64,000 nt of DNA, from positions 310,001-374,000 of the forward strand of contig OZ025802.1 of NCBI GenBank assembly GCA_964019425.1, given 5' to 3'. Shown here in pieces: positions 34,852 through 47,658 of this stretch. This DNA comes from Flectonema sp. DT1601. Taxonomy: Eukaryota. The position numbers and the translations under genes are program-made. Position 1 is the stretch's first letter. Each line of letters starts with the position of its first letter. A model generated the notes under the pieces. That model searched no databases. It had not been told where the DNA came from and saw only the letters and a list, made by a program, of their open reading frames with translations.

Positions 34852-35041
34852 TAATCACATTTTGTTCAAAAATATTTCATATTAGAGTAAAAGAAAAAGA
34901 AAAAAAGAAATAAGAGAAAAAAAAAAAAACCATTGCTGGCCCCCTCACCACTCATAGAGGATGAGGAGGCCAGTAAGGCGTCACTCAAATCTATGCCAAG
35001 CCTTGGGAACTTGGATTGGGGTTTAGACCATTTATAATTAT

Positions 35042-36947
35042 GTGGCGCAACCCATCACCCCACCTGTTGGTATCTTTTTATTTTTTTTATTTAAAGAAAA
35101 AAGCAGGCTAAGTCGCCTGAGCTGGCATCGCCAGAATATTTAACTTCACATGGCAATGTCAGCTCGTGAAGGGATCCAGTTGGATCAAAGGTTTTCTCCC
35201 CCCCACTCTATTTATCGTCATTGGTGCGCACCTTCGAACAGGAAGGCCAACACTGACGGAATTTTTTACTTCTCTTCCCAGGGTTGAACCTTGGGAAAAA
35301 AACAAACAATAAACACAGTGTAGACAAACACCCGCCGGACATCTGCAGAGCAGCGATCGATGTCGATGTCTTCGTTGTCGAACTTCCTGGCGTTTATGTT
35401 TTTGTTTTTAACAACAACACAACACCAACTAACAGGTTTGTCTCATTGCCCGTTCTTTCTTGTTTCCCTTTGCCGCCGGAAGAACGAAGGTCGACGGAGG
35501 TCCGAAGCATTGCTTGCGATGATGTTCCGGTATGTGTTGCGTCTCTGTTATTTGTTTGTTTCAACTCAATTGGTTCATCTCAGGTTTTAGAAGTCTTCGT
35601 CCTGTTCGTTGGGAAGGGCCTGAATCAAAAGTTCACTGCCCCTATTCCTCTCCCAAATTTCTTATTCAGCTTGCCACATGACTGTGTGACATTATTGCTA
35701 CATTGTAGCTCCCCTACAAAAACCTTATTTTTTGCAGTTGTCTTTTGGTTGTAGCAACTTTTATTTTATGCTTTTCTAATGTCCCAAAGTTGGTTTATTT
35801 TACTTTTTTTTTCTGCAAGGGAACAGTCCAAAGCATAAGTCCGAACAGCCCTAAGGCCAGTGAACGCACTGATTGTTAGGTATTGTATTCCAGGGAAAGT
35901 TTGGTTTGTATACTTTATTTTTATTTTATTTTATTTAATTTGTTAAAAGAAAACAGGTAACTTTACATGAGCATCGGCTCGAACGGCTCTGGCGAAGCGA
36001 GTGAACGAGTCTGATTGCTGAGTATTGTATTCTGTTTTCTTGTTCTTTTTTTAATTTATTTCAAACAGGGCAACAGGGGGAAAGTTTGGTTTGTATCCCC
36101 TGGGTGTTTAGCGTCACCTGTTGAGGTGTAATGTATTCTGTTTACTTCTATCCCTTTGTTTTTTTTTTTTTTTTTTTTATTTCAAACAGGACAGCAGGGG
36201 GAAAGTTTGTTTCGTACCCCCCGGGTGCTTAGCGTCACCCTCCATGCGATGCTTGCGCAGGGAGAGCCAAGGGTCGAGAACCCTGGAGATTACCTTTGTT
36301 TCTTTTTGTGACTGGATTGCAGTGGCGCAACCCATCACCCCACCTGTTGGTATCTTTTTATTTTTTTTATTTAAAGAAAAAAGCAGGCTAAGTCGCCTGA
36401 GCTGGCATCGCCAGAATATTTAACTTCACATGGCAATGTCAGCTCGTGAAGGGATCCAGTTGGATCAAAGGTTTTCTCCCCCCCACTCTATTTATCGTCA
36501 TTGGTGCGCACCTTCGAACAGGAAGGCCAACACTGACGGAATTTTTTACTTCTCTTCCCAGGGTTGAACCTTGGGAAAAAAACAAACAATAAACACAGTG
36601 TAGACAAACACCCGCCGGACATCTGCAGAGCAGCGATCGATGTCGATGTCTTCGTTGTCGAACTTCCTGGCGTTTATGTTTTTGTTTTTAACAACAACAC
36701 AACACCAACTAACAGGTTTGTCTCATTGCCCGTTCTTTCTTGTTTCCCTTTGCCGCCGGAAGAACGAAGGTCGACGGAGGTCCGAAGCATTGCTTGCGAT
36801 GATGTTCCGGTATGTGTTGCGTCTCTGTTATTTGTTTGTTTCAACTCAATTGGTTCATCTCAGGTTTTAGAAGTCTTCGTCCTGTTCGTTGGGAAGGGCC
36901 TGAATCAAAAGTTCACTGCCCCTATTCCTCTCCCAAATTTCTTATTC
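35042..36947. repeat. S-family repeat, ~1.28-kb period, about 1.5 tandem units
   Basis: 35042-35668 recurs at 36322-36947. The inverse copy is at 53181-56476 and a fragment is at 26751-27137. Confidence 0.85.
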
Positions 36948-37089
36948 ATTAACAATTAACCTGATTAACGTTATGATCTGACGGACATAAACATATCGAT
37001 AAAATAATACAAACAAAAACGAACAATAAATAATAAATAAGCTAAAAAACTAAATAAACAAAGTGATGTGAAAGTAAGGAAAAAGAGAA

Positions 37090-38244
37090 TTACAAGGGGG
37101 TGGAGTCACCGTGAACGTCATCAGCAGAACATCTCCTTCGATTGTAACGATATCTTGATGGAGGGGTTCGTTTTTTCAGAGTTGAACGCTCAGACTTTCT
37201 CGGCGGAGTTTCATTTTCCTCATGTTCTTCTGTGTCTGGCGGACTCAAACCTTCTGCCCATGAAGCTAATTGGAACTTCAGGGCCGCAATTTGAGACCGT
37301 GCCAAAGCGAGTTGAGCATTTAAATCGCTCGCCAGTCCCGTTAACATCATGGATTGCTCAAGCTGCTCTGCGTGAGTTGTACACCGTTGGTGATTCAGCT
37401 CCGAGAGGCGAAGTTGGGCATCCAGAAGTTGTTCTGAGAGCTCTGCCGCTTTCTCGTTTGTTTCGAGAGAGTCATCTACTGCTCGACAGTAATTCTCGAG
37501 TAAGTCAATCCTACCCTCGGACCATTGTCTCGCAATAGGTGTATTCTCTTTAACGGAGATAACGTGACTCTCTTGTCGTAAAATCTTGGTCGGCGTGCGG
37601 TCGAGAGCTTCACTCTGCGGCATTGTCGGAGGAATTGAGGCTAGAGGACAAAGAGGGGTGATATAATTAAGGGTAGGGATAAGGGGTTTAATAAGAGGAG
37701 TAAAAAGACTACTCGTAGTTGTAAAGAGCGAGAGGTAGTTCTTTGCTATCTTCATCATAGCAACAGATTCATACAGAACGGGGGTTCGGGGGGAAACTTG
37801 TTGACTAAAGTGGGTCATACGGGGACGCGCGGCACGCAAACTCTCGACCTCCTGTTGAGTATAGAAAAGTCTAATTTTACTTTCTCTTTCCTCATTACAT
37901 TTGGTCTCCAATTCGTTCGACAGAAGAACAAACCTTTGATGGTAATTAAAGAGCGCCATTTCCGATAGGTCTGCTCTCTGAGTCAGATTTGCGAGCTCAC
38001 GTTTCCTGTAATCTTCCACTAAGTCATATTGTCGAACTAGTGCAGAAAGAGAAGTCTTCGATTCATCGCGTTCTGCTGTTAACCGTTGAATTACTCCTTC
38101 CAGAAGTTCATATTCTTTTCTATCTTTTTCAATAATTAAAACAGGGGGTGCAGGAGGAAGTGAGGATGGATCCTGGTTGGTAGCTTTGATCTCAACAGGT
38201 AATCCATTTAGTAACTGCTTGTCTTTCTCGAGGGAGGCTGACAT
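37090..38244 (-). CDS. Coiled-coil ORF (384 aa) inside the TE island, possibly 5'-truncated by a Q insertion
   Basis: Uninterrupted, heptad-rich ORF whose ATG directly follows the Q terminus GAAATTC. Confidence 0.45.
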   Translation of the reverse strand: MSASLEKDKQLLNGLPVEIKATNQDPSSLPPAPPVLIIEKDRKEYELLEGVIQRLTAERDESKTSLSALVRQYDLVEDYRKRELANLTQRADLSEMALFNYHQRFVLLSNELETKCNEERESKIRLFYTQQEVESLRAARPRMTHFSQQVSPRTPVLYESVAMMKIAKNYLSLFTTTSSLFTPLIKPLIPTLNYITPLCPLASIPPTMPQSEALDRTPTKILRQESHVISVKENTPIARQWSEGRIDLLENYCRAVDDSLETNEKAAELSEQLLDAQLRLSELNHQRCTTHAEQLEQSMMLTGLASDLNAQLALARSQIAALKFQLASWAEGLSPPDTEEHEENETPPRKSERSTLKKRTPPSRYRYNRRRCSADDVHGDSTPL

Positions 38245-38639
38245 GAATTTCGATAAGTGGGAAGTAACGGACTGGGAGCTTTTGGCTCCTGCCCTATTCC
38301 CGACGTAAACTTTCTTTTTATTTTTTTTTTTTTTTTAACAGGCCCAAAGGGCGACAATGATGGTTGCTGACCAAGGAATAATATTCAAATGAATTTTCGT
38401 TTCAAAGAAACGAACAGAATTAAGAGAGAGGTAGAGAAAAAAAAAAAAAAAAAAAAAAGAAAGAATAGAAAAAAAATATGAAGAGGAAATAATCAAACAT
38501 GAAAAAAAAAAAAAAAAATAAAATATAAATAAAAAACGTTGTATGAAAAAGGAAAAAAAGAAAAAAAAAAGACCAGAAAAGGAAAGAGAAAATGAAAAGG
38601 TATAATATTATTGTGGGGATATGAGGATAGCAGGGAGAT

Positions 38640-38677
<38 letters not shown>

Positions 38678-38929
38678 TTATTATTTAAAAAAAGGAAACA
38701 ATCAGTTTAGCGTCTCGATCAGGACGGAAAATAGAAATTAATCGACATAGTCGATCGATAGAAAAAAAACAATGATAACATTGTTTATTCCTTTTTTTTT
38801 TTTTTTTTTTTATTCTTTTTATTTATTTTTAAAGAAAAAACAATCAGTTTAGCGTCCTGACCAGGACGGAAAATTGAAAGTGATCCACATAGTCGATCGA
38901 TAGAAAAAAGACAATGATAACATTGTTTA

Positions 38930-38964
<35 letters not shown>

Positions 38965-39356
38965 CTTTTAATTATTTTAAAGAAAAAACAATCAGTTTAG
39001 CGTCTTGACCAGGACGGAAAATAGAAAGTGATCGACATAGTCGATCGATAAAAAACAATGATAACATTGTTTATTCCTTTTTTTTTTCTTTTTTTTTTAT
39101 TCTTTTTATTTATTTTTAAAGAAAAAACAATCAGTTTAGCGTCCTGACCAGGACGGAAAATAGAAAGTAATCGACATAGTCGATCGATAAAAAAAAAACA
39201 ATGATAACATTGTTTATTCCTTTTTTTTTTCTTTTTTTTTATTCTTTTTATTTATTTTTAAAGAAAAAACAATCAGTTTAGCGTCCTGACCAGGACGGAA
39301 AATTGAAAGTGATCGACATAGTCGATCGATAAAAAAACAATGATAACATTGTTTAT

Positions 39357-39387
<31 letters not shown>

Positions 39388-40161
39388 CCTTTTAATTATT
39401 TTTTAAAGAAAAAACAATCAGTTTAGCGTCTTGACCAGGACGGAAAATAGAAAGTGATCGACATAGTCGATCGATAAAAAACAATGATAACATTGTTTAT
39501 TCTTTTTTTTTTTTTTTTTTTTTTTTAATCCTTTTTATTATTTTAAAGAAAAAACAATCAGTTTAGCGTCTTGACCAGGACGGAAAATAGAAAGTGATCG
39601 ACATAGTCGATCGATAAAAAAACAATGATAACATTGTTTATTCTTTTTTTTTTTTTTTTTTTAAATTCTTTTTATTTATTTTTAAAGAAAAAAAACGGAA
39701 AATAAAAATTAGTCGACAAAGTCGAACGATAAAAAAAAACAATGATAACATTGTTTATTCTTTTTTTTTTTGTTTTTTTTTATATTCTTTTTTATTAATT
39801 TTGAAAAAAAAACAATCAGTTTAGCGTCTTGACCAGGACGGAAAATAGAAAGTAATCGACATAGTCGATCGATAAAAAAAACAATGATAACATTGTTTAC
39901 TCTTTTTTTTTTTTTTTTTTAAATTCTTTTTATTTTAAAAAGAAAAAAAACGGAAAATAGAAATTAGTCAACAAAGTCGAACGATAAAAAAAAAAACAAT
40001 GATAACATTGTTTATTCTTTTTTTTTTATTTTTTTTTTTATATTCTTTTTTATTAATTTTGAAAAAAAAAACAATCAGTTTAGCGTCTTGACCAGGACGG
40101 AAAATAGAAAGTGATCGACATAGTCGATCGATAAAAAAAAAACAATGATAACATTGTTTAT

Positions 40162-40198
<37 letters not shown>

Positions 40199-43100
40199 CT
40201 TTTTTTTTTTTTAAAGAAAAAACAATCAGTTTAGCGTCTTGACCAGGACGGAAAATAGAAAGTAATCGACATAGTCGATCGATAAAAAAAACAATGATAA
40301 CATTGTTTATTCTTTTTTTTTTTTTTTTTAAATCTTTTTATTTATTTTTTAAAAAGAAAAAAAAAAAACGGAAAATAGAAATTAGTCAACAACGTCGAAC
40401 GATAAAAAAAAAAACAATGATAACATTGTTTATTCTTTTTTTTTTTATTTTTTTTTGTATTCTTTTTTATTAATTTTGAAAAAAAAACAATCAGTTTTGC
40501 GTCTTGACCAGGACGGAAAATAGAAAGTGATCGACATAGTCGATCGATAAAAAAACAATGATAACATTGTTTATTCTTTTTTTTTTTTTTTTTTTTTTTA
40601 AATCCTTTTTATTATTTTTAAAGAAAAAACAATCAGTTTAGCGTCTTGACCAGGACGAAAAATAGAAAGTGATCGACATAGTCGATCGATAAAAAAACAA
40701 TGATAACATTGTTTATTCTTTTTTTTTTTTTTCTTCTTTTTTTTAAATCCTTCTTTTTATTTTTTAAAGAAAAAACAATCAGTTTAGCGTCTTGACCAGG
40801 ACGGAAAATAGAAAGTAATCGACATAGTCGATCGATAAAATAAAAACAATGATAACATTGTTTATTCCTTTTTTTTTTTTTTTTATTCTTTTTATTTATT
40901 TTTAAAGAAAAAAACGGAAAATAGAAAGTAATCGACATAGTCGATCGATAAAAAAACAATGATAACATTGTTTATTCTTTTTTTTTTTTTTTTTTTTTTA
41001 AATTCTTTTTATTTATTTTTTAAGAAAAAAACGGAGAATAGAAATTAGTCGACAAAGTCGAACGATAAAAAAACAATGATAACATTGTTTATTCTTTTTT
41101 TTATTTTTTTTTTTATATTCTTTTTTATTAATTTTGAAAAAAAAAAAAAAACAATCAGTTTAGCGTCTTGACCAGGACGGAAAATAGAAAGTAATCGACA
41201 TAGTCGATCGATAAAAATACAATGATAACATTGTTTAATCTTTTATAATTTTTTATTTTTTTTTTTGTTTTAAAAAAAAAAAAAAAAAACAAGCGGAATT
41301 GATCATAATGGGTGGTAGGGGTTGTTATAACTTCGTTTGAAAATTCTTCTTTTTTGATTTCTTTTTTTTTTTCTTTTTACAGGAGTTAAGATCACTTTCA
41401 GGAGACAACACATTAACAAGAGCAGCAAGCAGAGTTGACACTATCAATTCAAATTTGAAATACCGGGAATTAATTTACAAGGAGGTATCTCAAGTGACTT
41501 GGTATCTCTAGCGTGTCGGTATCTCTGGAGTGCTGGTATCTCGTATGTGCGTTGGTATCTCATGAGTGATGGTATCTCTTGTGCATTAGAGAAACGAAAA
41601 AGAATGTCATGACCATGACGGAAGAATTGAGGAATTGAGTTAACATGTTCAATTTAACTTATTTAAACTTTTTTTTTTTTTTTAACAGACCGTAACTATT
41701 TGAAAATAAAATGTAGATGGGAAACAGTGAAAAGTAAAATGGATGATAAAATTAAATGAGAAATATGACATAACAGACCAGATAGAGAGTATTAAAAGGA
41801 AATTGAAAAGGAAAAGAGAAACTAGGTTAACACTTATTTAAAATTAAGACCGGTTAGTCAGTTTAAGGTCTTGACTAGGACCAACAAAAAAGAAAGAAAA
41901 AAAAATTTAACGATCAAGCTGAGCTGATCTTGTTTTTATTACAAATAGGGGAGCGGGAGGGATGGAAGGAATAGAGGAAAAAAAAAAGAAAAGGTTGATC
42001 AATTGGATCTGATCGTCGAGAAGAGGAAATTTTTTTAAAGGTTGATCGGTATAGCCGATCGTTGAGAAAAATAAACAGATATAAATACAATCAGTTTAAA
42101 TTAAAAAAAGAAAAAAAGATTAACGATCAAGCTGAGCTGATCTTGTTTTTATTACAAATAGGGGAGCGGGAGGGATGGAAGGAATAGAGGAAAAAAAAAG
42201 AAAAGGTTGATCAATTGGATCTGATCGTCGAGAAGAAGAAATTATTTTAAAGGTTGATCGGTATAGCCGATCGTCGAGAAAAATAAACAGATATAAATAC
42301 AATCAGTTTAAATTAAAAAAAGAAAAAAAGATTAACATAGCATTAAAGTAAAATAAAAATAGAACATAAAAAATTCGTTCTTTCATTTGCTCTAATTCGT
42401 TTTCTAAAATCTGGCATTTCAAGGAAAGTTTCAGCCTTAATTTTCCTTCTTTTTTTTTGTACAAGGGGGTTTGAGAACCCATGTCAGATTGAGTTCTTAT
42501 CACTATAGCGAAATCAGCAGGAAGTGTTTGCGATCCCGTTGACATGAGTTCAGGTGGGGGAGTCTGGAAAGAGATGGAAGAAATAGAAGAGAATGACAAG
42601 GAGAGTCCAGTGAGCTCATCCTCATCTAACAAAACAGAAGGGGCCGGGGAGGAAGAACCATTGGCAACAAGTAGAATAGAAAGAGCCGATGCGTAACAAG
42701 TTTGCCAGATAAAACATTTCTCAAGCCACGATCTTTCAATGGTGAGCTTTTCGATCGTTTTCAGTTTTGTTACTTTGTGGATTTTGACTTCTTCCACAGG
42801 GAAGATTTCTTTACCATCTTTTATAAAACTTGCAGTGGCAGGTTCTTCTTTAATGCTGCGCATTAGTGGTCTTGAATGCCACGTGGGGAGGTTCCTCGTC
42901 TGGAACAGAACATATGAGCACTGTCTGGCGATTCTGGTGCATTCACAAAATAAAGCTTTTGTTGGTGCTAAAGGTGAACCGATGTGACGTGTCCAGATGT
43001 TCAGCTGGTCCATGCAGATGTTTCCTCGTACGCCAACTTCAATAGTAAAAATGTTACAGTCGAAGCCATTAGCGATGATCGAGTCTCTTAGCTTTAGGTA

Positions 43101-43997
43101 TTTCTTTTCCTTTAAGACATGAGAGGTTTCGAAACGATCTTCATTTGGACACGTCAGCTCCAGAATCAGTGCTCTTTTCGCAAAAAAAGAATAAATAAAA
43201 ATGTCTGGTCTTAGAGAGGACGAGACATGGCACACTTCAAGAGGAACAATTAGGCGGTTATCACCGACATCGTCGAGGATGACCCAATCATTCGCTAGTG
43301 AAAGTTCGCCTGTCTCTTTAGAAATTCTTTCTAGGGGTTTATTTTCCCCTGTTTTTAAAAAAGTTTGAGAGGGAGGCGGGAGGTTTTCTTTTCTTTTGTT
43401 GGCTTTTATTATCAACTCTTCCAAGAAGATAACAATGCGTTTTAGAACGCTGTCGTGACGCCACGTGAACCTCCCTTGTGTTAAAGAGACAGGACAGCCT
43501 GTTAAGACATGCCTGAGGGTAGGATTCACTTTGCCACACAAAACACAATTTTGGTCCACATTGGTGATGTTCCACCTCTTTAAATTATCTTGTGAGGGGA
43601 GGGTGTTTGTAACCGCTTTCAGTTGAAATGAGATATAGGCAGGATTTCCCTCCCTAAGTACCTTATTCCAGGTGAAATCGTTTATCATACATTTAGACCA
43701 CTCCTTCCACTGACCTTGGACTTGTAATTTATTCAAAGAGTTCAGTAGTTCATCTGTGGCTTCCACTTCAAAACGCTTAAGGAGATCGGGGCGAGTAGTA
43801 CGTAGATCGCGCAATCGGTGACCAAGACCAGCTGATTGCTTCGCAAGAGAACGGTAAGAAAAAAACTTAATAAGGCGCTCCCACTCAGCAGAAGCTGAAA
43901 ACTTTTTCGACCAGTTGGACGATTTCTCCATAATAACATTGTAGACACCGTGCATGTCAGAGTCCTGTGAGGATCTGAGGATGTCTAGTTTAATAAG
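38245..43997 (-). mobile_element. HERO-like RLE retrotransposon (Q family), 5'-truncated: ORF C-terminus plus ~4-kb 3' UTR
   Basis: ORF 43955-42303 has CVLC..HVLTGC, GRFTWRHD and LRPDI..LELTCP. Downstream come a ~215-bp tandem duplication, GGTATCTC repeats, the array and the stem-loop terminus. Confidence 0.85.
38695..41240. repeat. Second copy of the palindrome-rich tandem array (roughly 20 monomers)
   Basis: Same monomer blocks as 29150-33570 with a different A/B order. Confidence 0.95.
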
Positions 43998-44200
43998 TGG
44001 GTAGATGGGGGAAAACGTGACTTATAGTCCTTAAATTCCTTACTAAACTTACAGTTACGTCTAAAATGCGCAACTGGACCTTTGAGGTATGTCTCAAAAC
44101 ATAAAGGACATTTGGCTACTAAAGTTTTATCCCCATCCAGAGCCGATCTCGAAATAGCCTCTTGCAAAGCCTCGGGGGCTGGGTTGGCTGAGAGATGGTT
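43998..44200 (-). pseudogene. Zinc-finger fragment, probably the N-terminal region of an RLE retrotransposon
   Basis: CPLCFETYLKGPVAHFRRNC (C2HC pattern), abutting the truncated HERO-like ORF in another frame. Confidence 0.4.
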
Positions 44201-44612
44201 GCCAGTATCTTTATGACACCGCCGGCCCGGTGTTTCTTTTTTTTTTTGTTGTGAAGTAGCAATAATAAAAAAAAAAAAAAAAATAGAAAAGAGAATGGCT
44301 CAGAAACAATATCGATGAGTTAAGATCTTTTTTTTTAAACTATTCCTTTTTTTTTTAATTTCGGGCAGCTAACCCTAGAGTTTTTTTTTGGTAAATACTG
44401 TTTAAAGGAAAACGAGCTACGCTCTAAAACAGAAAAATCGGAGTAACTACTTGTTTATAATATATATTTTGATAAATAATGTGGTTGGCAAATGAATGCC
44501 GAAGAGGCAACTTGAGAAAAGCAATTGGATGAGAAGAAACATTGGGTCTTATAAAGCAAAGGAGATAGAGGGGCCTAAAAAGACCGCAGAGTGGATAGCT
44601 CCACAAAAAGCT

Positions 44613-46823
44613 GAATTTCGATAAAGTGGGAAGTAACGGACTGGGAGCTTTTGGCTATCAACGCACAACATTGGTGGTCTCTACTAGACCCTGAGTGATC
44701 CCACTGGATCTCTCATCGTTCATAGTACCTATGTGAAGTTATAAAATCAAAGGTAAACTATGAACTACAAATGACTTAGCCTGTTATTATAATGCCACAG
44801 GCAGGCCCTGCATTCAGCAACTATCCAGCAGTGCTTGAATGTCCTGATCTTCTTCTAAAAAAAAGAAAGAAAAACAAAACTGTAGCTGGGATCACTCAGG
44901 ATCAACAGACTACCAATGCTACCTGTTGTACTTGCTCACTATGGGGGGTGATGCCAAACACCCAGAAGTACTAAACTGCTTTCCTTCTTGCTGCCCAGGG
45001 GTTTCTGACCAGAACTAATAGAAAATAAAAACAGATGGGAAACATTAAAAAGTAAAATGAATATAACTGAAGTTAAACAAGAATGTTGGTCCTAGACAAG
45101 ACCTTAAACTGACTAACCGGTCTTAATTTTAACTAAGTGTTAACCTAGTTTCCTAGTTTCTAATATGAAATCTTTTTTCTTTTTTTTTCTTTTTGAACAA
45201 AATGTAATTATTAATGTAAAAAAATGAAGAAACAGACCAGAACAGATAGAGAATAAAAAAGAAAAGATAATTGCAAGAGTTATTGTAGTAAAAGATTACA
45301 AATAAAAAAAAAATGCAAGTATCAACACATGATCGAGATACACCAGCAGCTAACAAACAACATAAAATTGAAGATCAGTTGCCAGAGTATTTCAACCATG
45401 GAATTTCGATAAAGTGGGAAGTAACGGACTGGGAGCTTTTGGCTCCTGCCCTATTCCCGATGTAAACTTTCTTTTTATTTTTTATTTTTTTTAACAGGCC
45501 CAAAGGGCGACAATGATGGTTGCTGACCAAGGAATAATATTCAAATGAATTTTCGTTTCAAAGAAACGAACAGAATTAAGAGAGAGGCAGAGAAAAAAAA
45601 GAAAAAAAAGAAAGAAAAGAAAAAAGAAAAAAAATATGAAGAGGAAATAATCAAACATGAAAAAAAAAAAAAAAAAAAATATATAAATAAAAAAAACGTT
45701 GTATGAAAAAGGAAAAAAAAAAATAAAGACCAGAAAAGGAAAGAGAAAATGAAAAGGTATAATATTATTGTGGGGATATGAGGGATAGCAGGGAGATGCT
45801 CTTTTTTATTTTTTTTATTTTTTTTTTTTTTATTTATTATTTAAAAAAAAAAGGAAACAATCAGTTTAGCGTCTCGATCAGGACGGAAAATAGAAATTAA
45901 TCGACATAGTCGATCGATAGAAAAAAAAACAATGATAACATTGTTTATTCTTTTTTTTTTTTTTTTTTTTTTTTTAAATCCTTTTAATTATTTTAAAGAA
46001 AAAACTCCCGTTTAGCGTCTTGACCAGGACAGAAAATAGAAAGTAATCGACATAGTCGATCGATAAAAAAAAAACAATGATAACATTGTTTATTCCTTTT
46101 TTTTTTTTTTTTTTTTTAACTTTTTATTTATTTCTTAAAGAAAAAACAATCAGTTTAGCGTCCTGACCAGGACGGAAAATAGAAAGTAATCGACATAGTC
46201 GATCGATAAAAAAAACAATGATAACATTGTTTATTCATTTTTTTTTTTTTTTTTTTTTTTTATCTTTTTATTTATTTTTTAAAGAAAAACAATCAGTTTA
46301 GCGTCCTGACCAGGACGGAAAATAGAAATTAGTCGACACAGTCGATCGATAAGAAACAATGATAACATTGTTTATTCATTTTTTTTTTTTTTTTTTATAT
46401 TCTTTTTATTAATTTTTAAAAAAAAAAAAAAACAATCAGTTTAGCGTCTTGACCAGGACGGAAATAGAAATACTCGCCCCTCTGGCAGGGATTATCCCAG
46501 ACTTGTCCTTTAATTTAGTTGGACACCATGGCTTACAACCCTTCCAGAGGGAAGCACCATTATGACTTCTATTTTTTTTCTTCAAGAAAATCATAAGGTG
46601 GTAACAAAGAAAAATGCTAAGAGGAACCCCCTATTAACACCTAAGACATCTAAACTGCAGCCCAGCTTAATGCCCAATGCACTAACAGGTCATTCCCTCA
46701 CACTCAGATCAAAAAATCAAAGTTCAGAGTGCATCTTAGCATGAATGAGAGAATTTCCTCCCGCTTTTTTTGAACAAAAGGGATAGGAGAAGGGATAGAA
46801 AACGAACATAACAATAAGATTCT
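44613..46823 (-). mobile_element. Chimeric Q/R string
   Basis: In order: Q tip 44613-44656, R ~44656-45400 (with an inverted Q fragment at ~45085-45152), Q 45401-46470 (about 5 array units), R ~46470-46823. Confidence 0.75.
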
Positions 46824-46824
46824 A

Positions 46825-46975
46825 AACCTGCCAGCTCCACAAACAGTTTGCAAAACTTACCATCTCCACACACAAAGTTTTAAAAAACCCGCCTGCTCCA
46901 GACGCAAAGATTTAAAAACCTGCCATCCACACAAAGTTTGAAAAACTTGCCAGCTCCACACGCAAAGTTTTAAAG
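46825..46975. repeat. ~30-bp minisatellite, same family as 26456-27445
   Basis: CCTGCCAGCTCCACA..AAAGTTT units. Confidence 0.8.
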
Positions 46976-47658
46976 ACAGGAAGGGAGAAGAGAGGGAGAG
47001 GATAGAGGTTCTCTCCCCAGACCCGAGCAGGAAAGCGAAGAGGAAGAGACGCAAGCAGAAGGAACCGGAGCCAGTGGAGGGCACCACGAGGGAACAGGCG
47101 CCGCGGAGTTACAACAGGAAACCCACACTGCGTCGGGTAGGTAAGGGAGACACACCCGACACAATGGGGTACGCACACGGGCCCCCGGGCTCCCTGACCT
47201 CGTTCACAGACGCGGGCGTACGCCCGGAGCCGGCGGAACGAGACGGACAAGGTGTGGCAGGAGCAGAGTTGGTCACAAGGTCGTCGTCACAGAGTGAGAA
47301 AAGCACCCAAGGAGAGATGAGGGAGAGAGAAGGGGATCCAACGCGAAGGGTCCTGGACTTCTCGTCGAAAGGGGGAAGGCGCTAGGGACTCCACGAAGGA
47401 GGTCTCAAGAGTTGAGGAAAAGACAGAGCCAAGACCCCAGAGCCAACCCAAAACACATGGTAGAGGACGAGGGAGAACAAGAGCGGGAGCGAGGTTAGAA
47501 ACGTGACCAAAGCCCCTGCGAAGCAGGAGACACAACCTGCAACCAGACCCCCCCAAAAGAAAAAAAACCCCGGTCAACGAGGCAAACTCGGACCAAAACA
47601 TGCTTTTCACCCCCCCCCCCAGGAAACACCGACCAGTGGAGCCAAAGGCCGCACACAT

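Noticed and set aside
35284..35754. Repeated MNLGKKTNNKH... ORF as a gene family
   Set aside because: It has a TTG start, lies within the S repeat, has C-termini that vary with flanking sequence, and shows no domain.
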